DNA of 64,000 bases from Chitinophagales bacterium (GTDB taxonomy: Bacteria; Bacteroidota; Bacteroidia; Chitinophagales; LD1): positions 7,694 through 71,693 of the forward strand of contig JAEUUZ010000035.1 in NCBI GenBank assembly GCA_016786765.1, given 5' to 3'. The notes under the pieces are model-generated. The model was given only the letters and a program-made list of their open reading frames with translations. It was not told where the DNA came from and made no database searches. Positions 44,276 through 54,326 of this stretch are shown here, one piece after another. Made by a program: the position numbers and the translations under genes. The first letter of the stretch is position 1. Every line of letters starts with the position of its first letter.

Positions 44276-46033
44276 TTAGAAGACAACGTATTTATATGTT
44301 GTATAACGTGTATTTGATTTTGCCCGAATCAAGTATACTCCTGGCGATAGCATATCCTTTTTATCGAAAGAAGAACCTTCTAATTGATACATTAACTGGC
44401 CGGTGCTATTGTACATGGAATAATTTTCAACGGCTATTGTCGGGTCATCGGAATGAAGTATAAAACCTTTTGATGAATACATCAATTCCGCTGCATAAAG
44501 TTCGGGTTCTGCAATTCCTGTATAGCCACATGGGTTGTTGACTAACGTTTTGTAGCCCCTTTGAAGAAGAAAATAATAAAGGGTACAAAAATGTTTCCCC
44601 CCGAATAGTAAGGTATCTGCCTGAAGCAATGCATCAGCAACTTGCGGATAAGTCATATTCGATGCAAAAAGATACATGGTTTGCAACACGAGGCTATCGG
44701 TAGTGGCTTTACCCAATTCATCGTGAATTTGCATGAGCGTTGACGACCACATTTCGCCATCTTTATAGATATTGTTTGATATGTTTTGCGGGTAACGTTT
44801 AGTGGAATTCACAACGCGACCATTCCAAAATGGAGGGTTCCCATCCCAATTAAAAACTTTTGTCCAATTATAAGCATTTATCGATTTTGAATAGGATGCG
44901 GCAAAATAGTCGCAGGTGCCTTCATCAATGCTATTTCTATCTTGCCCCGAATTGGTTGAAGGTGCAGCATTATAGGAAACAAAATGCGTGTATTCATGAA
45001 TCACCACATCTGCATCCTCTGCGTCATCTACCCCGCCTGTTCCAAAGTAGATAGTATTGGGTTCATTAAAGAAAGAATTATCGCCCGTTCCTCCATGCGG
45101 ATCGGGATATACTAATTGGCTGGTTGCATTAAAACCAAGTGAACGAATATAATCACTTTGTTTCGTCAAATGATAATAGGCATTCACATCCTCAAAACCT
45201 GACTGATGGCGGGTATAGTCAAAAAGAGGCGATGAGCTTGTAACAGGTAAAATACCATCTCCATTATTATCGCGCAATTCAATATATTGATTTTTTAAGC
45301 TGAAGCTAGCGCCATCGAAATGAGCTTTGAATGTTTTGGTTTGTCGCTGATTGTTCAAAACAACAACATCAGAATCGTTGAAATCTTGATAGCCCCCTCC
45401 ATACACAACATTTGCAGATGTTAGCGGATCGGGGTTAAACACTTTGCCTGTTACCAAAGAATCTTGGGCAAGAAAGGAAGATGTTATTCGCGTTTTAAGA
45501 CTTTCGTGTTGATCAATAACGACTTCGTGTGCAATTTTATTATTGTCGTTATACACAATTTTTACAGCCGGTACAAGAGCAGTTGCAGATGCAATAAAGC
45601 AATATGTTTGGTGTGCGTTTAGATTAGTAAGGTTTGCATTCAGCCAACGTTCCGAAAGTGCATCCATTATCGCTGCAGGAAAAACAGTGGGTTTTTGTAA
45701 TGCATTTACATCAATTAAATTGGAATAAACACTTGCAATTTTACCTTGCTTTGAAACATTTACTTTTATATCGGCATGATAAATAGGTATTGCCATATAC
45801 TCCTGTTGAAATAGGTAATGAAACGCTGTAGGGCTCTCGGTTTTAGCAATTAACGCAAATGTAGATGCCCCTATTTCATTCGTATAGTTGGAGTTGATAA
45901 AATTTAAAATTTCCTTTTCGTCCGATGCATTTCTTATCAAAACTGGCGAGTAGGATACCTTACACGCTTCTTCTTGCGCATACCCATAAACAAAAACAAA
46001 CATTAAAGTCAGTAAGCAATAAATACTTTTCAT
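44276..46033 (-). CDS. Secreted zinc metalloprotease (HExxH) with T9SS C-terminal sorting domain
   Basis: 585 aa. Signal peptide, VVIHEYTHFVS zinc motif (possibly fungalysin/M36-like, family uncertain), C-terminal MYNSTGQLM...GVYLIRAKS T9SS CTD. Confidence 0.6.
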   Translation of the reverse strand: MKSIYCLLTLMFVFVYGYAQEEACKVSYSPVLIRNASDEKEILNFINSNYTNEIGASTFALIAKTESPTAFHYLFQQEYMAIPIYHADIKVNVSKQGKIASVYSNLIDVNALQKPTVFPAAIMDALSERWLNANLTNLNAHQTYCFIASATALVPAVKIVYNDNNKIAHEVVIDQHESLKTRITSSFLAQDSLVTGKVFNPDPLTSANVVYGGGYQDFNDSDVVVLNNQRQTKTFKAHFDGASFSLKNQYIELRDNNGDGILPVTSSSPLFDYTRHQSGFEDVNAYYHLTKQSDYIRSLGFNATSQLVYPDPHGGTGDNSFFNEPNTIYFGTGGVDDAEDADVVIHEYTHFVSYNAAPSTNSGQDRNSIDEGTCDYFAASYSKSINAYNWTKVFNWDGNPPFWNGRVVNSTKRYPQNISNNIYKDGEMWSSTLMQIHDELGKATTDSLVLQTMYLFASNMTYPQVADALLQADTLLFGGKHFCTLYYFLLQRGYKTLVNNPCGYTGIAEPELYAAELMYSSKGFILHSDDPTIAVENYSMYNSTGQLMYQLEGSSFDKKDMLSPGVYLIRAKSNTRYTTYKYVVF

Positions 46034-46173
46034 AACTACAAGATAAAACGATTTCGTTTGAAATGCTAATCAAGGAAATAATATTGCAAATTCATTGCAA
46101 TCAACTTTTCATTACCATTTATTTGGTAATCAAAATATTGTATTAATTTAGTCATTCACCAAAACCCAAAAAT

Positions 46174-46677
46174 ATGTTATTTATCAACTATTTAGTTATA
46201 GCTGCAGCCGCATTAGTTCCGACCTTTGTTGGCTTTATCTGGTATAATCCGAAAGTCTTCGGAACAATCTGGATGAAGGAAACAGGTGTTTCTCCTGAAA
46301 GCGGAAAAGGGATGAATATGGTACTCGTTATGGTACTTTGCTATGTATTGAGCTTCATGGCCGGTATTAGTATGACCATGATTGTTATACATCAAAATGG
46401 ATTAATTTCTATGTTGCAGGGAGTGCCTGATGCTTCAAATGCAACATCTGAATTAGCACAACATGTGAAATATTTAATCGATAATCATGGTAGCAATTTC
46501 AGAAGTTTTAAACACGGGGCTCTTCACGGCACACTTACAGGTTTCTTTTTAGCATTGCCAATCGTAGCTACCGGGGCCATGTTCGAGCAACGCAGTTGGA
46601 AGTATATCGCAATTTCTGCCGGTTATTGGATTATCACTTTTATGTTAATGGGAGGCTTAATTTGTCAGTTTACCTAA
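46174..46677 (+). CDS. DUF1761 family membrane protein
   Basis: 167 aa. N-terminal YLVIAAAALVPTFVGFIWYNPKVFGTIW is typical of DUF1761. Confidence 0.55.
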   Translation: MLFINYLVIAAAALVPTFVGFIWYNPKVFGTIWMKETGVSPESGKGMNMVLVMVLCYVLSFMAGISMTMIVIHQNGLISMLQGVPDASNATSELAQHVKYLIDNHGSNFRSFKHGALHGTLTGFFLALPIVATGAMFEQRSWKYIAISAGYWIITFMLMGGLICQFT

Positions 46678-46697
46678 ATAATAAAATTCCATTTTTT

Positions 46698-46736
46698 GAA
46701 ATGCTCTGTTATCCCAATAGCAGAGCATTTTTTTAT
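46698..46736. terminator. Bidirectional terminator hairpin between convergent genes
   Basis: Stem aaatgctctg / cagagcattt (46699-46708 / 46721-46730) with flanking A/T runs. Confidence 0.55.
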
Positions 46737-47599
46737 CCTACGAACATTAATCCAATACCTACAACTGCTAATCCTAGTCCAAGCCAATTGAGTTTCGATA
46801 AGAATTCTTTGAAGTAGAGCAGAGAAAAGAAGGTAGTTAAGAGTACAGTGCCAATGTTTATTGTAGGAAACAACACCGAACTTTGATAGCCGGAATTATT
46901 TAATGCACTCACTAAAAAGTACATCGAAAAATAATTCGGTATCCCCAATGCAATGCCTCCAATAATTTCTTTTTGACCAATTGATTCTTGCTTTCGAATG
47001 AGCTGAATAATTAAAATGATACTTCCGCAAAGAAGAGCTGCAAAAAATAAGGCGAAATTGAACACCGCACTTTCAGCTTGTTTCACATAGTTTTTTTGCA
47101 TGAATTGTACGATGCTGTCGCAGGCACCGCTTCCAACAAAAGCAATTAAAGGCAATAAAAACAAATAGGCATGGCGCTGATGATGTTCTTCTGCCGGTTT
47201 ATAGGAACATAAAATGACAGCTATCAACGCAGCAATTGTTCCAATAATTTTAAGTGTTGAAAAGGGCTCGTGGTAAAGAATCGCTGAAAAAATAATGGGA
47301 AATACTAAACCTAGTTTCATAGACACTGAAGCTGTACTCGCTCCAAAATGTTTGGCGGTTTGGTTGATGATGAGAAAAATGCAGATGAAGAGTAGTCCTA
47401 AGAATAGTGCATATTTCAACCATTCTGTATGCACTATACTAGAAATATTTTTATCCTCTAAAAACAGAAATCCGCAAACCGTACAGGTTAAGTAGTTAAT
47501 CACAATGGCAGGGAAAGACTGCACACCTTTCACATCGAAAAGCTTCAAGCCTACTACCAATAATGCACAGCAAATGATGCAAAGAATAATATCAATCAT
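46733..47599 (-). CDS. EamA/DMT superfamily transporter
   Basis: 288 aa with 10 TM segments in a two-repeat organisation. Confidence 0.6.
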   Translation of the reverse strand: MIDIILCIICCALLVVGLKLFDVKGVQSFPAIVINYLTCTVCGFLFLEDKNISSIVHTEWLKYALFLGLLFICIFLIINQTAKHFGASTASVSMKLGLVFPIIFSAILYHEPFSTLKIIGTIAALIAVILCSYKPAEEHHQRHAYLFLLPLIAFVGSGACDSIVQFMQKNYVKQAESAVFNFALFFAALLCGSIILIIQLIRKQESIGQKEIIGGIALGIPNYFSMYFLVSALNNSGYQSSVLFPTINIGTVLLTTFFSLLYFKEFLSKLNWLGLGLAVVGIGLMFVG

Positions 47600-48635
47600 G
47601 ATTTAAATTGTAGTAAGTAACGAGTTGGTCGGTATCAATATTTTCTATGTGTGATACATGTTGTAATAGGGGAGGAGCTTCGATGCCGCTTTGGAGTTGT
47701 ACTTGTGTTCTAAAAACTCTGGCTTCATCCCACAAATTTACTTCGATAAACAGATTTAGAATTTTTTGTCCACCTTCAACAATAACAGATTGAATGCCTT
47801 TTTGGTGAAGCACTTGTAACACTTGCGGAATAATCGATTGAGTGAAATCAATTTTACAATAGCTAATGTTTTCAACCTGCTCTTCGTGTAAAGCATTAAA
47901 TAGAAGTAACTTACCTTCTGCATTAAAAATCTGTTGTAATTTCGGTAAAGTACAATGTTGGTCTACTACAACACGAATTGGATTTTTGCCTTTCCATAAA
48001 CGAGCTGTAAGTTGTGGATTGTCCGCCATCACTGTGTTATAGCCCACCATAATGGCTTCCTCTTCTGTTCGCCAACGATGTACTAATTGTTTCGAGAAAT
48101 CATTGGTTAGCCAATATTTCGTATTGCCAATAGGAGCAATAAATCCATCCTGGCTTTCAGCCCATTTTAAAATAATATATGGACGATGTTCTAAATGAAA
48201 CGTATTGAACCGTCTGTTTTGCCACTTACATTCTTTTTCTAAAACGCTTACTATTACTTCTCGTCCGGCATTTCGCAATTGTTCAATGCCTTTGCCATTC
48301 ACTTCTTCGAAAGGATCTTTTGCGCCAATCACAATCTTCGGAATATTTTTCTCTAAGATAAGTAGCGAACATGGTGGCGTTTTACCATAATGCGAACATG
48401 GTTCCAGCGAAACATAAAGCGTAGAAGATGCAATTAAATGGCGGTCTTCAGTTTTCACCGATTGCAAACAATTCACTTCTGCATGAGCTTCGCCATATTT
48501 CTCATGAAAGCCTTCCCCGATAATTCTTCCCTCATGCACCAACACAGCACCTACCATAGGATTAGGCGCAACTGAACCCAAGCCTTTTTCGGCTAGCTCA
48601 ATACATCGCTGCATATAGATTTCGTGTTGCTGCAT
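47592..48635 (-). CDS. ribD: Bifunctional diaminohydroxyphosphoribosylaminopyrimidine deaminase / 5-amino-6-(5-phosphoribosylamino)uracil reductase
   Basis: 347 aa. HAEVNC...LEPCSHYGKTPPC deaminase zinc motif and a C-terminal reductase domain. Confidence 0.9.
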   Translation of the reverse strand: MQQHEIYMQRCIELAEKGLGSVAPNPMVGAVLVHEGRIIGEGFHEKYGEAHAEVNCLQSVKTEDRHLIASSTLYVSLEPCSHYGKTPPCSLLILEKNIPKIVIGAKDPFEEVNGKGIEQLRNAGREVIVSVLEKECKWQNRRFNTFHLEHRPYIILKWAESQDGFIAPIGNTKYWLTNDFSKQLVHRWRTEEEAIMVGYNTVMADNPQLTARLWKGKNPIRVVVDQHCTLPKLQQIFNAEGKLLLFNALHEEQVENISYCKIDFTQSIIPQVLQVLHQKGIQSVIVEGGQKILNLFIEVNLWDEARVFRTQVQLQSGIEAPPLLQHVSHIENIDTDQLVTYYNLNHD

Positions 48636-48706
48636 GTTGCTAAAATAATATTCTCCACGGGATAGTTAAGCAGGATAATTTCCTCTTTCGCTCAAGAATC
48701 CATTAC

Positions 48707-49561
48707 TTGCAGAAAATTCTACCCTTGACTTTAGGTGAAATAAGAAAATTGTATATTGATACGTTGAGCGAAATTTTCGAACGCTCCGAGGCTACAACTA
48801 TTGCCCGCTTTATGTTTGAAGAGGTCATGCAATTGAATTCACTCTATCAATCCTTGCAAACACATCTTATTCTAACAGTGGAACAAGAGCGTGTATTATT
48901 GGAATACCTCGCTCGTTTAAAAAAGAAGGAACCATTCCAACATGTCTTAGGTTTTGAATTGTTTTATGGTTGCAAATTTAATGTGAATCCGGATGTGCTT
49001 ATTCCTCGTCCGGAAACGGAAGAGCTCGTGCAATGGATTATCGAAAATGAACAACAGGTTAAAAGCATTATAGATATTGGCACCGGAAGCGGATGTATTG
49101 CAGTATCCTTAGCGAAAAATCTTCCGAATGCAGAAGTAGATGCAGTTGATGTTTCAGAAAATGCAGTGGAGATGGCAAAAGCAAATGCAGCGCTCAATAA
49201 TACTACGGTTAACTTTAGCGTATTGGATATTCTTCATTCAACGCCTTCTCGCCCATACGATGTAATTGTTAGCAACCCTCCATACATTGGTGACGATGAA
49301 AAAAAACTCATGGATGATAATGTGTTGCTCTACGAACCACATCTGGCGCTATTTCCGGAAAACCAACCGTTATTGTTCTATCAACGTATCAGTGAGATCG
49401 GACAACAATTTCTTCCACCCGGAGGACGATTATATTTCGAAATGAATGAATTCTATGCCAACGAAATTGCAGCAATTGCTGAGCAATTAGGCTATAAAGA
49501 TGTAACCATCAAAAAAGATATTAACGGAAAAGATCGAATGCTGCGAGCCCTGAAATCTTAA
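48707..49561 (+). CDS. prmC: Peptide chain release factor N5-glutamine methyltransferase
   Basis: 284 aa. IDIGTGSGCIA SAM motif and NPPY catalytic motif. Apparent TTG start. Confidence 0.85.
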   Translation: MQKILPLTLGEIRKLYIDTLSEIFERSEATTIARFMFEEVMQLNSLYQSLQTHLILTVEQERVLLEYLARLKKKEPFQHVLGFELFYGCKFNVNPDVLIPRPETEELVQWIIENEQQVKSIIDIGTGSGCIAVSLAKNLPNAEVDAVDVSENAVEMAKANAALNNTTVNFSVLDILHSTPSRPYDVIVSNPPYIGDDEKKLMDDNVLLYEPHLALFPENQPLLFYQRISEIGQQFLPPGGRLYFEMNEFYANEIAAIAEQLGYKDVTIKKDINGKDRMLRALKS

Positions 49562-49578
49562 ATCAAAAATCTCAAATC

Positions 49579-50196
49579 TTAAATATCCTCAAAATTTCCT
49601 TTCCCCTCTCTCACCAAAACAGGTTCAGATCCGGTATAATCTATAATCGTTGATGGCTCATTGCCACCTGCACCACCGTCAATCACTATATTTACAATGT
49701 TTTCGTATTGCTCATACAATTCTAACGGGTCGGTGATGTATTCTAAAACTGTATCATCGTGCTTGATTGATGCCGAAATAATTGGCGCCCCCAATGCATC
49801 CACAATTGCTCGGCAAATGTTATTGTCCGGAACACGAATACCAATCGTTTTTTTGTTATAACCGAAAATTTTCGATACAGAATTGTTCGCATTCAAGATG
49901 AATGTATAAGGGCCTGGAAGCGCACGCTTCATCATTTTAAAACATGCATTGCCCACATTTAATGTGAAATCGGAAATATGACTCAAATCGTAACATACAA
50001 TAGAGAAGTTGGCCTTGTTAGGTTTTATCTGTTTCAGTTTGCAGATTTTCTCATATGCATCAGGGTGCGTGAGGTCGCAACCCAAAGTGTACACCGTATC
50101 GGTAGGGTAGATGATGATTCCCCCTTTCTTTAACGTCAACACAATCTGATTAATCAGTCGGTCATCAATATTATCCGGATTGATACGAATCAACAT
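49579..50196 (-). CDS. tsaC: L-threonylcarbamoyladenylate synthase (YrdC/Sua5 family)
   Basis: About 205 aa from ATG at 50196. IIIYPTDTVYTLGCD and RVPDN motifs. Confidence 0.8.
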   Translation of the reverse strand: MLIRINPDNIDDRLINQIVLTLKKGGIIIYPTDTVYTLGCDLTHPDAYEKICKLKQIKPNKANFSIVCYDLSHISDFTLNVGNACFKMMKRALPGPYTFILNANNSVSKIFGYNKKTIGIRVPDNNICRAIVDALGAPIISASIKHDDTVLEYITDPLELYEQYENIVNIVIDGGAGGNEPSTIIDYTGSEPVLVREGKGNFEDI

Positions 50197-50201
50197 AGTG
50201 G

Positions 50202-50645
50202 TCAAAAGGTTTTTTGTTCATAAGCGTTCAACTTTGCACGAATTTCTGCCGGGACCGCTACCGATTGATTGCTCTTGTAGTCAAACATCACTAATACAGT
50301 TGTGCCTTTGGCAATCAAATCTTTTTTATCACCGTTTTCTACCACAACAATATATTCAAGCTCTAAACTTTTAGAACCTATGCGAATAGTGCGTGCATAA
50401 ACAAAAGCATTTTCAGGATAAAACAACGGACGGATATAATTCACATTGGCATTGGCCAAAATTACCCCATCCTTTTTCCAGTCCCATTGCACCGATTCGT
50501 TGAAATAAACCACTCTCGTTTCTTCGAAATAGGTTAGGTATACCGCATTGTTTACATGCCCGGCTTCATCTACATCGCTCCATCGGAGCGCCAACTTCAT
50601 TTTAAATTTAAAATCGCCTAAAGCCGCTTGCCAATCTGTTTGCAT
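50202..50645 (-). CDS. Acyl-CoA thioesterase (4HBT/YbgC-like hotdog fold)
   Basis: Start moved to MQTDWQ. RWSDVDEAGHVNNAVYLTYFEETR catalytic region. Confidence 0.7.
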   Translation of the reverse strand: MQTDWQAALGDFKFKMKLALRWSDVDEAGHVNNAVYLTYFEETRVVYFNESVQWDWKKDGVILANANVNYIRPLFYPENAFVYARTIRIGSKSLELEYIVVVENGDKKDLIAKGTTVLVMFDYKSNQSVAVPAEIRAKLNAYEQKTF

Positions 50646-50693
50646 TGTTAAATAGTTAGGCTGCGAAAGTACTGCATAAAAAGATATCACAAA

Positions 50694-51371
50694 ATGAATT
50701 ATTTTGCACCCAACATGAACGATTTAGCCAAATACTTACAATCCACCCGTTTTATTGATTTTAACGACCCTGCCATTCAGGCGTTTACCCAAAAGCATAC
50801 GGAAGGGCTCACAACTAATCGCGAAAAAGCCGTTGCGTTGTACTATGCCGTTCGCGATGAAATCGTTTATTCGCCTTGGCATTTGGTAATGAATCCGGAT
50901 GTGATTTCAGCCAGTATTACGCTTAAGCGAGGGGTAGGGTATTGTATCGAAAAGTCTTTGGTCTTGGCGGCTTGCACTCGTTTTGCGGGTATTCCGTCAC
51001 GCTTAGGATTTTCAATAGTACGTAATCACCTATCTACGAAAAAGTTTGTGGAGATGCTGAAAACCGACAAATTCGTATTTCACGGCTACAACGAGTTTCT
51101 ATTGGATGGCGAATGGGTGAAATGCACTCCGGCTTTTAACAAATCGTTATGCGAAAAATTTAACACCAAACCCCTTGATTTTGACGGGCATAGCAACTCA
51201 ATTTTTCAGGAATTCTCGCCCGATGGACGCAAATACATGGAATATTTGCACGAATATGGCACTTTCGATGATTTTCCGTACGATTTATTTTACGCAGAAA
51301 CAAAAAAGCATTACCGACATCTCTTCGAATCCAAAGGGGAAGCGGTTTTCGCCAAGGAAGAGGACTTCTAA
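50694..51371 (+). CDS. Transglutaminase-like cysteine protease-fold protein
   Basis: 225 aa. GVGYCIEKSLVLAACTRFAGIPSR (catalytic Cys context). Confidence 0.65.
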   Translation: MNYFAPNMNDLAKYLQSTRFIDFNDPAIQAFTQKHTEGLTTNREKAVALYYAVRDEIVYSPWHLVMNPDVISASITLKRGVGYCIEKSLVLAACTRFAGIPSRLGFSIVRNHLSTKKFVEMLKTDKFVFHGYNEFLLDGEWVKCTPAFNKSLCEKFNTKPLDFDGHSNSIFQEFSPDGRKYMEYLHEYGTFDDFPYDLFYAETKKHYRHLFESKGEAVFAKEEDF

Positions 51372-51416
51372 TGCCTTGCTTTTTTACCCCCGAAATGAAA
51401 TTGTTTATAAAAAGGG

Positions 51417-51446
51417 TTGTAAAATATAGATTGCCTTTTATTTTTG
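51417..51446 (+). promoter_or_regulatory. Candidate nuo operon promoter (TTG -33 / TATTTTTG -7)
   Basis: TTG at 51417-51419 and TATTTTTG at 51439-51446 (matches TAnnTTTG) with a 19-nt spacer. Lies 14 nt upstream of the nuoA ATG. Confidence 0.3.
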
Positions 51447-51460
51447 TTCAAATTTAAGTC

Positions 51461-51826
51461 ATGCAAGAAACTCCGATAAATTACCTGCCGATACTAATTC
51501 AATGTGTTTTTGCTGCGGCATTTGTTGCTTTGATGCTCTTTTTATCGGCCATAGTAGGTCCGAAACGTCATTCAGGTATTAAAGACGCCAACTTCGAGTG
51601 TGGAATTCAATCGTATGGTAATGCACGTATTCCTTTTTCAGTTAAGTATTTCATTGTAGCCATTTTGTTCGTGTTGTTTGATGTGGAGGTAATCTTCCTT
51701 TACCCATGGGCAGTGAATTTCAGAGAGTTAGGCTTTATTGGCTTATGGAAAATGTTGCTTTTTATGGGTACGCTTTTAATTGGTTTCTTCTATATCATCA
51801 AGAAGAAAGCCTTGGATTGGGAGTAA
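51461..51826 (+). CDS. nuoA: NADH-quinone oxidoreductase subunit A
   Basis: 121 aa with 3 TM segments. FECG...FDVE motif. Confidence 0.9.
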   Translation: MQETPINYLPILIQCVFAAAFVALMLFLSAIVGPKRHSGIKDANFECGIQSYGNARIPFSVKYFIVAILFVLFDVEVIFLYPWAVNFRELGFIGLWKMLLFMGTLLIGFFYIIKKKALDWE

Positions 51827-51908
51827 TAACATTGAACATTGCCTATAAGTAATTTGTTAGCGTGATAGTTGAAGTTTGAAAATCATAATTTGAAAAATTA
51901 GTTCGTGT

Positions 51909-52457
51909 ATGAGTGATATAAAAATGGTTGAAGCTCCGAAAGGATTGACCGGTGAAGGTTTCTTCGCTACCACACTTGACCAAGTAGTTGGTTTGGCGCG
52001 TTCAAAATCCATGTGGCCCTTGCCTTTTGCTACTTCATGTTGTGGTATCGAGTTCATGGCTACCATGGCCTCTACCTACGATTTGGGCCGTTTTGGTTCA
52101 GAGCGATTGAGCTTTTCGCCTCGTCAAGCCGATATGTTAATGGTAATGGGCACCATCAGTAAAAAAATGGGACCTATCCTTCGTCAGGTGTACGAGCAAA
52201 TGGCTGAACCGCGGTGGGTAATTGCCGTTGGCGCTTGTGCTTCATCGGGTGGTGTGTTCGATACATATTCGGTTTTGCAGGGTATCGATAAAGTAATTCC
52301 GGTGGATGTATATGTGCCGGGTTGTCCGCCTCGTCCCGAGCAAATTTTAGAGGGCATCATGCACCTACAAAAATTAGTAGAAACCGAATCTTTTAATCGT
52401 AGAGATACGCCTGAATACAAAGCGTTGATGGCTTCTTACGGAATTAATATAAATTGA
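51909..52457 (+). CDS. nuoB: NADH-quinone oxidoreductase subunit B
   Basis: 182 aa. SCCGIEF...GACASSGG...VPGCPPRPE N2-cluster motifs. Confidence 0.95.
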   Translation: MSDIKMVEAPKGLTGEGFFATTLDQVVGLARSKSMWPLPFATSCCGIEFMATMASTYDLGRFGSERLSFSPRQADMLMVMGTISKKMGPILRQVYEQMAEPRWVIAVGACASSGGVFDTYSVLQGIDKVIPVDVYVPGCPPRPEQILEGIMHLQKLVETESFNRRDTPEYKALMASYGININ

Positions 52458-52461
52458 TCTC

Positions 52462-52989
52462 ATGGCTTTAGATAATACAGTAATTCAAACCATCTTGACC
52501 GAAAAATTCGGAGAGCAGGTAACCGCTTTCGAAGAGAATTTCGGCTTGCTTGTTTTTGAAGTAAATGCTGCTGTGTCGCACGACCTTGTTGCATTCTTAC
52601 GCGATGATGCTACACTTCGCTTCAACTTTTTGACCGATGTGTGTGGAGCACATTTCCCGGATAACGATACTGCTCGTCAGTTTGCCGTAATCTATCACAT
52701 GCACAATTGGTTAGATAATAAACGCGTGCGCATTAAAGCGTATTTAGATGGCACGCAGCCTTCGGTTGCTTCAATAGCCGATTTGTTTGAATCAGCGAAT
52801 TGGCAAGAGCGCGAAACGTATGATTTTTACGGAATCAATTTCGAAAACCATCCTGATTTGAAGCGTATTTTGAATATGGATGAAATGGTTTCTTTCCCGA
52901 TGCGCAAAGAGTTCCCGATGGAAGATCAAGGAAGAACAGATAAAGATGACCGCTATTTTGGAAGGGAAAAGAAAGCTATTAGTAACTAA
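52462..52989 (+). CDS. nuoC: NADH-quinone oxidoreductase subunit C
   Basis: 175 aa. ANWQERETYDFYGI signature. Not fused to nuoD. Confidence 0.9.
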   Translation: MALDNTVIQTILTEKFGEQVTAFEENFGLLVFEVNAAVSHDLVAFLRDDATLRFNFLTDVCGAHFPDNDTARQFAVIYHMHNWLDNKRVRIKAYLDGTQPSVASIADLFESANWQERETYDFYGINFENHPDLKRILNMDEMVSFPMRKEFPMEDQGRTDKDDRYFGREKKAISN

Positions 52990-53060
52990 ATAATTAATTT
53001 TAATCTCCCATTCTAACAGCTAGTGGCTAGAAGCTAATATTGAAAACAAAAACGAACTAA

Positions 53061-54299
53061 ATGTCCGCACCAATTTCAACAAAAATAGAGAAACGTTACG
53101 CTGATCTCATTCGCCAAAAAGAGAATGAAGATGGAAGCGAATTGTCGATTCTGAACCTAGGACCTTCTCACCCGGCAACACACGGAATTTTCCAAAATGT
53201 GTTGCTCATGGATGGCGAAAAAATTGTGGATGCCGAACAAACGCTTGGCTATATCCACCGTGCCTTTGAGAAGATTGCCGAGAATCGCCCTTTCTATCAA
53301 ATCACACCACTTACCGATCGTTTAAATTATTGTTCATCGCCTATAAACAATATGGGTTGGTGGATTACTATAGAGAAATTCTTAGGCATCGAAGTGCCGA
53401 AACGTGTACAATACATGCGTGTTATCATCATGGAGTTGGCGCGTATTGTCGATCACTTGATTTGTAACTCGGTGTTAGGCGTGGATTCAGGAGCTTTAAC
53501 CGGCTTCTTATATGTATTCCAATATCGTGAAAAAGTATACGAAATCTACGAAGAAATTTGTGGCGCTCGTTTAACGACCAACATGGGCCGAATCGGAGGC
53601 TGGGAGCGCGATTGGTCTCCGGGCACGTGGGCGAAAATCAATGCTTTTATGGAAGAATTTCCAAAGGCTTGGGAAGAGTTCAATCAGTTACTCACGCGCA
53701 ATACGATTTTCATGCACCGTTGTATTAACTGCGGACCAATTTCTGCAGAACGCGCTATCAGCTATGGTTTCACAGGGCCAAACTTACGTGCAGCCGGTGT
53801 AGACTACGATGTGCGCAAAATGAATCCATATTCTTCATACGAAGATTTTGAATTTGATGTACCCGTTGGAAAAACAGGTGATACCTACGATCGTTACATG
53901 GTGCGCAACGAGGAAGTGATGCAGAGTTTACGGATCATTCGTCAGGCGTTGGATAAAATGCCGGAAGGCCCTTACCATGCTGATGTGCCGGATTATTATT
54001 TGCCTCCGAAACACGAAGTATATAACAACATGGAAGCCTTAATCTATCACTTCAAAATTGTGATGGGTGAAATTCCGGTGCCGAAAGGAGAAATTTACAA
54101 TGCAGTGGAAGGTGGAAATGGCGAACTTGGTTTTTATTTGATTAGCGATGGAAGCCGTGTTCCGTTCCGTTTGCACTTCCGCAGACCATGCTTTATCTAC
54201 TATCAAGGATATACCGAAATGATTAAAGGTGGTTTATTAAGTGATGCCATTTTGACCATGAGTTCGATGAACGTGATTGCAGGCGAGTTGGATGCATAA
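53061..54299 (+). CDS. nuoD: NADH-quinone oxidoreductase subunit D
   Basis: 412 aa. LNLGPSHPATHG and C-terminal SMNVIAGELD signatures. Confidence 0.95.
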   Translation: MSAPISTKIEKRYADLIRQKENEDGSELSILNLGPSHPATHGIFQNVLLMDGEKIVDAEQTLGYIHRAFEKIAENRPFYQITPLTDRLNYCSSPINNMGWWITIEKFLGIEVPKRVQYMRVIIMELARIVDHLICNSVLGVDSGALTGFLYVFQYREKVYEIYEEICGARLTTNMGRIGGWERDWSPGTWAKINAFMEEFPKAWEEFNQLLTRNTIFMHRCINCGPISAERAISYGFTGPNLRAAGVDYDVRKMNPYSSYEDFEFDVPVGKTGDTYDRYMVRNEEVMQSLRIIRQALDKMPEGPYHADVPDYYLPPKHEVYNNMEALIYHFKIVMGEIPVPKGEIYNAVEGGNGELGFYLISDGSRVPFRLHFRRPCFIYYQGYTEMIKGGLLSDAILTMSSMNVIAGELDA

Positions 54300-54326
54300 A
54301 ATATAGAATTAGAAAAAAGAAGCAAG

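Noticed and set aside
48636-48706. Possible FMN riboswitch upstream of ribD
   Set aside because: The ribD-prmC intergenic region is only 71 nt, too short for the roughly 140-nt RFN element. I saw no conserved RFN core sequences.
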